From IMG/VR virus record IMGVR_UViG_3300032320_002936, positions 1 to 31,514 of that record: a stretch of DNA of 31,514 nucleotides. One strand, written 5' to 3'. The notes below the pieces were generated by a model. That model did not search any database, was not told the DNA's origin, and was given only the letters and a program-made list of their open reading frames with translations. Below are positions 1-8,191 of the stretch, in pieces. Source of the stretch: a virus (Duplodnaviria; Caudoviricetes). A program made the translations under genes and the position numbers. How positions within the stretch are numbered: the first letter of the stretch is position 1; every line of letters begins with the position of its first letter.

Positions 1-99
1 TGTTGTTTTTGTTGTTCTTTGTTAATATAATCAGTTACAGCATCGATGTCTTTTTGATTAAAAATATCTTCCTCAGTTAATACTTTTTTAGGTTCTTGC

Positions 100-663
100 T
101 TATCCATTGAATTTAGCTTTTAAATTATTCTTTTTAATCAATGCTTTTAATCTAGTAACATAAGATTTATCTTCAGCATAATTTTGTCTTAAGTATTCAA
201 AATACTCTCCTTCCGTTTTTATATCAGAAAGATAAGTTGCTGAGTATAGAGCGTAGTCAATAAGTGAATCTTGCCAAGTATCATAATAAGCATGTCCTCT
301 ATTAGTACCCTTTGCTAGATTGGTTCTTAGCACTGCTTCCTTCATCCCGAATAGATTGTTATTCTCTCTAAAAATAGTTGAGGAGTAATGACCTGTCTCT
401 TGATATGATTGAGCAAGAATAATATAAGGAAATTTAAAATTAAGTGATTTGATCTTTTCAATCAAAGCTTTTTGTGTAAATCCATTATACTCTCTAACAA
501 CAATTATTTTTTCTTCTGGTGTTAGATCCTTTAATACTGCTCTTGGTGAGGAACTAAATCCTATAATAGTAGCAACTGCTAATACTAATGATCCTACTTT
601 TACGTAAGTGGATGGTTTTACTTTTTCAAAGTCAAGCGTCTGTTCATTAAATTTGTAATACAT
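100..663 (-). CDS. GH73 (glucosaminidase/FlgJ-like) peptidoglycan hydrolase with N-terminal hydrophobic anchor; probable lysin
   Basis: Motifs ILAQSYQETG (catalytic Glu), NNLFGMK, YDTWQDSLIDY, YAEDKSY (YATD-like); hydrophobic stretch VGSLVLAVATIIGF near the N-terminus. Confidence 0.8.
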   Translation of the reverse strand: MYYKFNEQTLDFEKVKPSTYVKVGSLVLAVATIIGFSSSPRAVLKDLTPEEKIIVVREYNGFTQKALIEKIKSLNFKFPYIILAQSYQETGHYSSTIFRENNNLFGMKEAVLRTNLAKGTNRGHAYYDTWQDSLIDYALYSATYLSDIKTEGEYFEYLRQNYAEDKSYVTRLKALIKKNNLKAKFNG

Positions 664-691
664 AACCTTTTACTTTTTGATTTATAAATAT

Positions 692-720
692 AATATACGA
701 AAAAAGGCTCGGAAATCCAA
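692..720 (-). promoter_or_regulatory. Putative promoter TTGGA-N18-TATATT (copy 1)
   Basis: Minus strand TTGGATTTCCGAGCCTTTTTTCGTATATT, 28 nt upstream of ATG at 663; one of 7 identically spaced copies. Confidence 0.7.
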
Positions 721-725
721 GCCTT
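700..725 (-). terminator. Intrinsic terminator after the 413 aa gene, overlapping promoter copy 1
   Basis: Minus strand AAGGCTTGG-ATTT-CCGAGCCTT stem (one G.U pair) followed by a T run. Confidence 0.65.
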
Positions 726-750
726 ATAATAAATTTATTTTTAATAAAAA

Positions 751-1992
751 TTATTTAGTACAACTTCCTTTAATATTAAATCCGGTTTTACCTATAGGTG
801 AATAAACTTTAGCTTTAACATCACCTTTACTATCATCAAAAGGAACTTTTAAATCACCTGTTCCTACTTTATAGACTACAAATTCTAATTCTTTAGTCTC
901 ACCTTCTTTAAACATTGCTTTTAGTTGATTTAAAGCTGTACGTGCAGCATCACTTGAATTTGCTCTAGCTCCCGGTTTTAACATTTGGGTAACTAAATCT
1001 TTATAAGAAGTAGCTTTAATAGTTTCTATATTTGAACCCATTATATTTTGATCACCTCTTAATTGAGTTAATTTTAAAACATAATTTGGAACATATTTCC
1101 ACTCTTCGAACCCACTTTCAGAATTAGTTTCTTCAGTTGCTACATACCCAGTATCTTGTTTTATTTTACCATTAGCATCTAATACAACTAATCTATCAGG
1201 TATTGTACCTGTATATAGTACTAAGTTTCCTTCACCACTTATATACTCTTCATAGGTACCTTGAGTTCCACTCTCACTAAATGGAGCCATACTACAAACA
1301 CTATTTTCTACTACAATGGATACAGTAACAAATTGTTCGGCTTTAAACTTAGGATCATTAACATTATCTCCTTTTTTATATGGAGTTGATCCTACTTTAG
1401 TATCAATTTCAATTTTATCAAATCCTAAATTACTTACTAAATCCTCAATAACTTTAGCTCTAGCTTGAGCTAATGAACCTTTACTTTCAAATCCTTTTGG
1501 ATTTGTCACTTGTGATTCACTCGCGGTGATTACTATCTTAAAGTTCTTTAAATTTTTACCTTTAATCCATTTCTCAATATCACTAATACCCTTATTTAAA
1601 CCTTCTTCATTAGCTAAAGTAGCTTTCCCACTATCAAAATTTTCTCCAAAATTAAATGATATTACTGCCCCAGGTATTGAAGCTGGTGCTACTACTTTAG
1701 TTGGTGTTACTGCTTTAGTTGGGGTCTCAGCTGATATTTCAGTTCTAATAGCATTTAAAGTCTCAGGTGAGTAAGTCTCTAAAGCATTTGAGATATTAGG
1801 TGTTAATAACATTGCAGCTAAAGTGTATTTACTCCAAGTTTTCCAATTTTGGATAATGGTTTTAACAGCTTGAGCTGCTTCCTTAGCGGTTGCCTCGGTT
1901 AATTTAGATTCATCTAATTTTGAATTTAAATCCCTTAGAATTGCTAATTCATCTTTAGGTATTTGAGGTAGTAAGTCTTTTAATTGAGCCAT
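751..1992 (-). CDS. Protein with divergent OmpA-C-like domain and a P/T/A-rich linker; possible virion protein
   Basis: 413 aa; FDSGKATL...IVITASES...SLAQARAKVI...VGSTPY...EQFVTVSI follows the OmpA_C motif order; linker ETPTKAVTPTKVVAPASIP. Confidence 0.45.
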   Translation of the reverse strand: MAQLKDLLPQIPKDELAILRDLNSKLDESKLTEATAKEAAQAVKTIIQNWKTWSKYTLAAMLLTPNISNALETYSPETLNAIRTEISAETPTKAVTPTKVVAPASIPGAVISFNFGENFDSGKATLANEEGLNKGISDIEKWIKGKNLKNFKIVITASESQVTNPKGFESKGSLAQARAKVIEDLVSNLGFDKIEIDTKVGSTPYKKGDNVNDPKFKAEQFVTVSIVVENSVCSMAPFSESGTQGTYEEYISGEGNLVLYTGTIPDRLVVLDANGKIKQDTGYVATEETNSESGFEEWKYVPNYVLKLTQLRGDQNIMGSNIETIKATSYKDLVTQMLKPGARANSSDAARTALNQLKAMFKEGETKELEFVVYKVGTGDLKVPFDDSKGDVKAKVYSPIGKTGFNIKGSCTK

Positions 1993-2009
1993 AAATTTAT
2001 ATTATGGTA

Positions 2010-2017
2010 ATAAATAT
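2010..2017 (-). promoter_or_regulatory. ATATTTAT upstream motif (putative second-class/late promoter)
   Basis: 17 nt upstream of ATG 1992; same 8-mer at 684-691, 4469-4476, 6357-6364, 24775-24782, 30439-30446. Confidence 0.4.
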
Positions 2018-2268
2018 TACCCAATTAATGCTTTTAATTGATCTGCACTCATGTTTCCACTTTGGCGTCTTATAACCACTCCATTTTCTACAACTACTGT
2101 TGTAGGTACGTTTCTAATTCCATGCTCAATTATTATTGGATCACCTGAATCTACATCTACTGATTGGAATAGTACACCTGGAACTTCACTTGCTACTCTG
2201 TTAAAGGTTGGAGAGTATGCTTTACATGGCCCACACCAAGCTGCTCCGTATTTAATTACTGTTTTCAT
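2017..2268 (-). CDS. trxA: Thioredoxin
   Basis: 83 aa, AAWCGPCK active site, VDVD, cis-Pro loop IRNVPT. Confidence 0.9.
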   Translation of the reverse strand: MKTVIKYGAAWCGPCKAYSPTFNRVASEVPGVLFQSVDVDSGDPIIIEHGIRNVPTTVVVENGVVIRRQSGNMSADQLKALIG

Positions 2269-2467
2269 CTTCTATTATTGCGTCTTGTATTGTTTGTGCT
2301 ATTAAAAATCGTTCATTATGTCTTAAAACATGATCACACCCTAAATGATCCCTCCATGCTTTGAGTACATCCATGTTAATACTACCATTTGAGTTTTCAA
2401 AGTTGTGTAAAGCCATAGAGCGTATAATAACATAGAGTTTATCGTTGTGTTTAAATAACTGTTTCAT
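2252..2467 (-). CDS. Hypothetical protein
   Basis: 71 aa ORF with ATG start, co-oriented and overlapping the thioredoxin start. Confidence 0.6.
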   Translation of the reverse strand: MKQLFKHNDKLYVIIRSMALHNFENSNGSINMDVLKAWRDHLGCDHVLRHNERFLIAQTIQDAIIEDENSN

Positions 2468-2503
2468 GGCGTATATATGGAGGGATATAAGTAGGGGTGG
2501 GTA

Positions 2504-2707
2504 TTAAATTACTTGTAAAATTTTGGTTTCTTTAACACTTTTAACTTGAAAATCAATGCTTCCACCTTCATTTTCATACATTTTAGTAACTTTTACTTCT
2601 GCATCTGTTACGCTTACTGCATCTACTAGGTATTGTTCGGTAACTTTAGTTTGTTTACCTTTGTCATTAAAGTCTGTTATAGACACGTTTACTTGGAAAT
2701 AACTCAT
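2504..2707 (-). CDS. DUF4494-like small protein
   Basis: KVTEQYLVDAVSVTDAEVKV resembles the DUF4494 signature (KVTExYLVDAxSxTEAE) typical of Bacteroidota. Confidence 0.65.
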   Translation of the reverse strand: MSYFQVNVSITDFNDKGKQTKVTEQYLVDAVSVTDAEVKVTKMYENEGGSIDFQVKSVKETKILQVI

Positions 2708-2714
2708 TTTTAAT

Positions 2715-3023
2715 TTAATTTATGGTTTCTAATAATTTTTTAATTTTAATACACATTTCATAATCTTCTACTTCTTCGAAATATACTAATCCCATTTCTA
2801 AAGCAGGTTCCCATTCGTCTTTATTAACTGTTAAAACAACCTCATCCATTTCTTCATCATCTGTTAGGGTAATAATAAATAGATCAACCATTGAGATTTT
2901 CTTATTTTTCTTCCAATAATGGTTTAATACCTCATAGGTTTGAATATAGATGACATCTGGATTATTTTCTGTAAATTTGATTAAGGCATCTGTATCTTTT
3001 AAGGTTAAATTTTTAACTTTCAT
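2715..3023 (-). CDS. Hypothetical protein with C-terminal UVR-like motif
   Basis: LVYFEEVEDYEMCIKIKKLL; paralogous to 5597-5923. Confidence 0.55.
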   Translation of the reverse strand: MKVKNLTLKDTDALIKFTENNPDVIYIQTYEVLNHYWKKNKKISMVDLFIITLTDDEEMDEVVLTVNKDEWEPALEMGLVYFEEVEDYEMCIKIKKLLETIN

Positions 3024-3383
3024 TTATTTGGTTTTACGAGGTTTTCTTGTTTTAGGACGGTCTTCAGGATAGAATGAGTAAAATATTTCATTTAATTCCT
3101 TTTCTAAAGTTTCAATTGCTTCCTTATCAGCTTTAGTAATACGTGGTTTACGTTCATTTTTTTTAGGTATGTATTTTTGATTTAAAGCATTTAATTGTGC
3201 TTCTTTTTTATCAAACGTAACCCATTCAGGAGATTTAATTTCAACTGATAATGGACCATTTGGATATTTAATTTTATCCCAAACCCAAGTAAATGTTTCA
3301 CCTGTATATTCTTTGAATTCTTGTGTGTATTGTAAAATAGGAGTATCGTTCTCAGCTATTCTACCTCGTCTTTCTATTTTCAT
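3024..3383 (-). CDS. Hypothetical protein, basic C-terminus
   Basis: 119 aa ORF directly downstream of promoter copy 2. Confidence 0.65.
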   Translation of the reverse strand: MKIERRGRIAENDTPILQYTQEFKEYTGETFTWVWDKIKYPNGPLSVEIKSPEWVTFDKKEAQLNALNQKYIPKKNERKPRITKADKEAIETLEKELNEIFYSFYPEDRPKTRKPRKTK

Positions 3384-3389
3384 AACTTT

Positions 3390-3418
3390 AATATACGAAA
3401 AAAATTTTAAATATCCTA
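3390..3418 (-). promoter_or_regulatory. Putative promoter TAGGA-N18-TATATT (copy 2)
   Basis: Minus strand TAGGATATTTAAAATTTTTTTCGTATATT, only 6 nt before ATG 3383. Confidence 0.65.
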
Positions 3419-3432
3419 ATTATTTATTAAAT

Positions 3433-3717
3433 TTATAAGTATAAAGGAACATTATTAGTTTCTTCAATAAGTTCAGTTATATATCCAGGTATATCAAGTA
3501 TTTTAAATCTTGATATGTTAAAAGTAGGTTCAACATCTAAATTAGGTAAAATAGGGTTAATTATTTCTTCTAATAAGAGTCCAATTTTTCCACTACTATA
3601 TTCTACAATTTCTCTTACAGTATAGTAATTTTTCTTTTTAGGAAAATTATTTATAAATAATAAACTTTCAGGTGGAAAGTTATCATTTACACATTCAACT
3701 ATATCATTTATTTTCAT
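3433..3717 (-). CDS. Hypothetical phage protein
   Basis: 94 aa ORF overlapping the stop of the upstream gene. Confidence 0.6.
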   Translation of the reverse strand: MKINDIVECVNDNFPPESLLFINNFPKKKNYYTVREIVEYSSGKIGLLLEEIINPILPNLDVEPTFNISRFKILDIPGYITELIEETNNVPLYL

Positions 3718-4132
3718 AACTTTTAACTTCTTTTATATGCTTACACTCTCTGTCCTTAGCTCTCCACACCCCAGGACAATTACAAGTATATTTAAATCCA
3801 TTTCGTTTAGTAACGTATTCTCCATCACTACTTGATGATTTGAATCTCCAAGTATCAATTTCTTTTACTTGTTCTTTTTTAGATATTTTTTGTATCCATT
3901 TTATATCACTCAATTCAGTTTTAGGATGACATGGTAAAAATCCAGGTGTAATAAATTTTTTACCTTGTATATTTGCTATACCGGGTTTTAGTACTGATTC
4001 TACTTCGTATTGGAAGGGACGAATTATGGAAATTGAGATATTGGTAGAATCTAATTCAAAAGCACCTTTAGAATATGCTGTGTAGTCTTCCATAAAACCA
4101 CAATTCCAAGTATTTGAAACACTATATAACAT
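3704..4132 (-). CDS. SWIM zinc-finger protein
   Basis: C-terminal SSSSDGEYVT...YTCNCPG...ECKHI = CxC-xn-CxH SWIM motif. Confidence 0.7.
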   Translation of the reverse strand: MLYSVSNTWNCGFMEDYTAYSKGAFELDSTNISISIIRPFQYEVESVLKPGIANIQGKKFITPGFLPCHPKTELSDIKWIQKISKKEQVKEIDTWRFKSSSSDGEYVTKRNGFKYTCNCPGVWRAKDRECKHIKEVKSYENK

Positions 4133-4159
4133 AACTTTTCTTTTTTAATTTTATACTTA

Positions 4160-4188
4160 AATATACGAAAGGCTCCTTACGGAGCCTA
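4160..4188 (-). promoter_or_regulatory. Putative promoter TAGGC-N18-TATATT (copy 3)
   Basis: Minus strand TAGGCTCCGTAAGGAGCCTTTCGTATATT, 27 nt before ATG 4132. Confidence 0.65.
4168..4187 (-). terminator. GC-rich hairpin (probable terminator) overlapping promoter copy 3
   Basis: AGGCTCC-GTAA-GGAGCCT perfect 7 bp stem, GNRA loop, only a short T tail. Confidence 0.55.
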
Positions 4189-4213
4189 ACTTTTTATAAG
4201 GGAAAAATTTTAA

Positions 4214-4444
4214 TTATTTTTGAAGTGCCATTCCATCTAATTTCATTGCTAATCTTTTAACATCAGCAATATAACTATCTGGGGCCACTCCTTCTTGATA
4301 TTCAACTATCCAGTCTAAACCATCTCTCAGCATTCCTAGTTCTTCAAATGTAAAATCTGATACTGCTTCATTTAATGCTGTTTCCTCAGCATTTTCTGTT
4401 AATTTATTTTCAGCAATGTATTTTTTAAAGTCAAAATTGTCCAT
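4214..4444 (-). CDS. Small acidic hypothetical protein; possible head-internal protein with propeptide
   Basis: 76 aa, N-terminus MDNFDFKKYIAENKLTE...ALNE. Confidence 0.6.
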   Translation of the reverse strand: MDNFDFKKYIAENKLTENAEETALNEAVSDFTFEELGMLRDGLDWIVEYQEGVAPDSYIADVKRLAMKLDGMALQK

Positions 4445-4471
4445 TTTTTTATTTTTTAATTTATAATAATA

Positions 4472-4500
4472 AATATATAAAAGAAAAATTAAATATCCAA
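4472..4500 (-). promoter_or_regulatory. Putative promoter TTGGA-N18-TATATT (copy 4), overlapping ATATTTAT at 4469-4476
   Basis: Minus strand TTGGATATTTAATTTTTCTTTTATATATT. Confidence 0.6.
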
Positions 4501-4504
4501 GTTT

Positions 4505-5185
4505 TTAATCATTGTATGATACAAAATCATCATCATCATCTTTATCGTCGTTTTCATCTAATAAATTTAATGATTTAAATTGCTCATACATTGCATCATC
4601 CATTTCCCATTTAACTTCCTGACGTTTTGGTATTTCGTATGTATCTTCTATACCTTGTATTTGTTTAGGTGTAAATATATCTCCAATAGTTAAGTAATAA
4701 CAGTTATAACATAAAAACTCTATGTTTTCTTGTTTCCAATCTCGTTTATTTCCATTTTTAAAATTAACTAGTAATGGTACTCTATAATCAGATACACGTT
4801 GTTCATTAAAACCACAACACGAGCATTCTTCAGCTAATATTGCTTCTTGAATTAATCTACGTTTGAATTTATCTATACTAAATGATTCAGTATACAATTC
4901 TCCATTTAATATTTTCTTTAAATCAGGGTCTTTACCATGATGTTTTAAAAATTTAGGGATACCTTTTCCCACTTGATTTTTATGAACATCAAATAGTGTT
5001 GGTGAGTTAGGATCGTTGTCGTCTACTCTGAATGATTTGAAATATGGTTTAATATGTTGGTATGAACAGTTTAAGTATCGAGCTGCTGCTCTAACACTTT
5101 TAGTAACCTTCATTGCACGTAACAAATCTTCTTTTGAGTATATTTTTGGTTTTGGACCCTTTTTGTGGTCATTAATTCCAGCCAT
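4505..5185 (-). CDS. HTH + degenerate HNH zinc-finger protein (catalytic His residues absent)
   Basis: HTH-like EDLLRAMKVTKSVRAAARYLNCSYQHIK; CSCC...LLVNFKNGNKRDWKQENIEFLCYNCY; acidic tail. Confidence 0.65.
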   Translation of the reverse strand: MAGINDHKKGPKPKIYSKEDLLRAMKVTKSVRAAARYLNCSYQHIKPYFKSFRVDDNDPNSPTLFDVHKNQVGKGIPKFLKHHGKDPDLKKILNGELYTESFSIDKFKRRLIQEAILAEECSCCGFNEQRVSDYRVPLLVNFKNGNKRDWKQENIEFLCYNCYYLTIGDIFTPKQIQGIEDTYEIPKRQEVKWEMDDAMYEQFKSLNLLDENDDKDDDDDFVSYND

Positions 5186-5190
5186 ATAAC

Positions 5191-5619
5191 TTATTTTTCA
5201 TTTAAAAAATCGGGCATTACTTGAGATAAATAATTATAAAGATCTTCAGGTGTTTTTAAAAATATTTCTATTTCGGTCCCATCTTCTTTGGTTTCAATTA
5301 AATAATTTATGGTACCATCTAAATTGAGACGTTCATATAAATAAAAAGTAATTAATTCATATACATTAGTACCCCACATTAATAACATTAATTTATCTAT
5401 AACTCCATAGAATGACTCTTCATATTCAAATAAATCTAATCCAAATTCACTTTGTAATCGAGAAGATTTATTAAGCGCTTTTTCATATTGATCTATAAGT
5501 GATATAAATAAAATCTTTTTTTTAAAAGCTTTATTTCGCCTTTGGTTTTTAATTAAAATTGGAGAATTAAGTAATTGCTTAAAGGCTTCATGTATACTAT
5601 TTTGTAGATTTTGATCCAT
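5191..5619 (-). CDS. Hypothetical protein
   Basis: ORF 5191-5649; ATG at 5619 (MDQNLQ) preferred because it gives a shorter overlap. Confidence 0.6.
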   Translation of the reverse strand: MDQNLQNSIHEAFKQLLNSPILIKNQRRNKAFKKKILFISLIDQYEKALNKSSRLQSEFGLDLFEYEESFYGVIDKLMLLMWGTNVYELITFYLYERLNLDGTINYLIETKEDGTEIEIFLKTPEDLYNYLSQVMPDFLNEK

Positions 5620-5923
5620 TTTTTTCCAATTCTTTATATAAAACATCAATTTGAGAACATTTACGATAATCTTCTACTTTGATAAAATACTCTAAAGATG
5701 CTTTTAAAACTGAAAGATAGTTTTCTTTAGTTATTACTATATTAGCTTCTAGTTGAGGTATAGAACATAACATAAATTCTTTTTTATTGTCTTTAATGGC
5801 TTGTTTCATTCCATCTACAACATTTTCAAATATAGAATGTTGTACTTTAGGAGCAAAAAGGGTATCTAAAATACCCCTTGTACTATACTCCTTTAATAAT
5901 ATATTAGGCAGGTGTCTCTTCAT
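5597..5923 (-). CDS. Hypothetical protein with C-terminal UVR-like motif
   Basis: LEYFIKVEDYRKCSQIDVL; paralogue of 2715-3023; start taken at MKRHLP (5923), uncertain. Confidence 0.55.
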   Translation of the reverse strand: MKRHLPNILLKEYSTRGILDTLFAPKVQHSIFENVVDGMKQAIKDNKKEFMLCSIPQLEANIVITKENYLSVLKASLEYFIKVEDYRKCSQIDVLYKELEKNGSKSTK

Positions 5924-6350
5924 TATCAGAACTTGTTGGTTGAGCTTCAGCTTCACCTTCATCTCCCATACTTCCACCTAATACTTTATCTTTAATAAAA
6001 GTAAATACTGAATCTAGTGGAATTTGGAAATTAGCAGCCATTTTATCAGGGGCGTCTGTATCTCTATCAAATTCTAAACCGTAATCAACGAATTTTTTAG
6101 ATACTGCTGTTGATATTGAACTTTGTAAAGTATCAACTTCTTCAGGTGTTAAATTAGTTAATACTTCTCCGTTTTCGTTTACAGGGAAGAATTTAACTTT
6201 AATACCTTTTTTGGTTGGGTTTTTATTTACATCTACTACTACTTTAAAGTTTTCACCACCAATAGTAGCGTTATAGTTTAATTCACCTTCTTCTTTAAGA
6301 AGTTCTTCAGTTAAGAAAAAATCACGTAATTTGAATTCCATATTATTCAT
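5904..6350 (-). CDS. Acidic hypothetical protein; possible virion protein
   Basis: 148 aa (or start 6341, MEFKLRDFFLTEELLKEE); preceded by ATATTTAT at 6357-6364. Confidence 0.65.
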   Translation of the reverse strand: MNNMEFKLRDFFLTEELLKEEGELNYNATIGGENFKVVVDVNKNPTKKGIKVKFFPVNENGEVLTNLTPEEVDTLQSSISTAVSKKFVDYGLEFDRDTDAPDKMAANFQIPLDSVFTFIKDKVLGGSMGDEGEAEAQPTSSDNEETPA

Positions 6351-6363
6351 TTTGGTATAAATA

Positions 6364-7518
6364 TTAGTTGTTTTTAAGATAAATTAAATCATTTTGATAT
6401 TCTATCATTGAATTAATAGTAATTTTAAATATATCTAATTCAAAAGTACCTATTTCCCCACTTTCTTTAAAAATTTCTGGGAGTTGTTGAATAATACTAA
6501 ATGATTGTTGTGTGACTTGTTTAGCATCAAACTCTACTATTATATCATTTTCTAATAATGGATCATTATGTTCTATAGTAAGAACTCTTTTTGATAAATC
6601 AAATTTAGTATTTTCTTGTTCTCGTTCAACGTAGTCCCACATTCTACCAATTACCTCAAATCGTTCATTAACATATATTCTATCACACCAAGGTTCTAAT
6701 GCTTCAAGTATACTTAAATTACCATTTTTAACTACGAATGCAATATTATATTTAACATCACTATTACGGCTACCCCACTTACGAATAAAATTTTTATTTG
6801 AGTTATATTCTATTTGTTGAGTTCTATTTTGATATTCTTCTGAGAATCTTGAGGTTTTACTAACGAAATGATAACAGATTGCATCTAGAGAAGTAATTAA
6901 TTCTAGTCCTAATAATTTGAAACGTTTAATTAAATCATCATCTTCACAAAACATAGGATTATATAAGTTATCCATTCCTCCAATCTCTAATAATGTCTTA
7001 CGTGGCATACACATGAAGAAGGTAATACCAGTTTCTGTTTGGTTATTGCACTCCTGTTGTTTATTTGCGACAAACTTAAATAAATCTGATTGGTTAAAAG
7101 ATTCTAAACTGGTTCCAAAATCTTTAATTATTTTACCTGGTCTTTCATGACCTGCAAATATTGGTGGTTCAATAGTTGTATATGATACTACTTTATTGGA
7201 ATTTAAATGTTTTTCTACATTTTCAATAAAACCTGGGGCTAATACTATATCATTATGAAGATACATTACATAATCATTAGTAGCTAGTTCAGCTGCTTTA
7301 TTAAAATTATCTGAAAATGTACCTATAGAGTCTGACCACCAGCATTTAACATTTGGATCTGATTGTTTAATTTCATCTAGCCATTCATGAGTACCATCTG
7401 TACTATTATAACTAGAGAAGCATATCTCAACAGTTGGGTAAATTTTTCTAGTAGTTTGGTAAAAATGTTTATTGTAATCTAGATTGTTTTTTAATCCAAT
7501 AAGTAATGATATATTCAT
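6364..7518 (-). CDS. Glycosyltransferase family 2 (GT-A) with C-terminal extension
   Basis: STDGT, FNKAAELATNDYVMYLHNDI, IGGMD, FCEDDDL, CYHF; start at MNISLLIG (7518). Confidence 0.8.
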   Translation of the reverse strand: MNISLLIGLKNNLDYNKHFYQTTRKIYPTVEICFSSYNSTDGTHEWLDEIKQSDPNVKCWWSDSIGTFSDNFNKAAELATNDYVMYLHNDIVLAPGFIENVEKHLNSNKVVSYTTIEPPIFAGHERPGKIIKDFGTSLESFNQSDLFKFVANKQQECNNQTETGITFFMCMPRKTLLEIGGMDNLYNPMFCEDDDLIKRFKLLGLELITSLDAICYHFVSKTSRFSEEYQNRTQQIEYNSNKNFIRKWGSRNSDVKYNIAFVVKNGNLSILEALEPWCDRIYVNERFEVIGRMWDYVEREQENTKFDLSKRVLTIEHNDPLLENDIIVEFDAKQVTQQSFSIIQQLPEIFKESGEIGTFELDIFKITINSMIEYQNDLIYLKNN

Positions 7519-7519
7519 A

Positions 7520-8191
7520 TTAATATTTTTTATAAAATTCTTCAACAGTAATTAAATTATTTAACTCAATTCTATTTTCATCAAAGTATTCCCAAGTTAA
7601 ACAAGTATCTAAAGGAGATTTATCATAAATAAGTTGTTTACCTTTTTTAACTACTCCTACTCCCCAATCCATATCAACAACAGATATTTCTAAATTAGGA
7701 TCTGTACATCTTAATCTAGTTATAGATTTCCATACATCCCCATTCCATAAGCCTGTAACCCTAGGAACTAGTTGCATTTCATATAATAATGGATTACAAT
7801 CATGTAGTATTATAAATCCTTCATCTGTAATATGATTAAGGGCATTTTGAACATCTTTATCTACTTGTGATGAATGATGAAGCCCATCTATAAAAATCAT
7901 ATCATACTTAATATCATGCCCTTTAATAAGTTCAAAGAAATCATCCGATGGTATAGGATAATTAATTTCAGGTACAACTGCTCCTCCTACTTCTGATCCA
8001 GGATATGGATCAACTCCATCTTTATGTGGGGCTATGATTTGTCTTATACAAAGGCCATCATTAACACCTATTTCAAGATAATTAATTAATTTATATTTTT
8101 CAATTAAATAATTCATTAATTCCCATCTTTGAGTTGAAACAAAAATAGGACTTTGTGGGTCACAATATTTTTCTAATTTTTTAGTATCCAT
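7520..8191 (-). CDS. Class I SAM-dependent methyltransferase (Methyltransf_24-like), probably a sugar O-methyltransferase
   Basis: YLEIGV, GVDP, YDMIFIDGLH, GFIILHD motifs. Confidence 0.75.
   Translation of the reverse strand: MDTKKLEKYCDPQSPIFVSTQRWELMNYLIEKYKLINYLEIGVNDGLCIRQIIAPHKDGVDPYPGSEVGGAVVPEINYPIPSDDFFELIKGHDIKYDMIFIDGLHHSSQVDKDVQNALNHITDEGFIILHDCNPLLYEMQLVPRVTGLWNGDVWKSITRLRCTDPNLEISVVDMDWGVGVVKKGKQLIYDKSPLDTCLTWEYFDENRIELNNLITVEEFYKKY

Noticed and set aside
4520-4560. (CAT)n-like microsatellite
   Set aside because: It simply encodes the poly-Asp tail of the 226 aa protein
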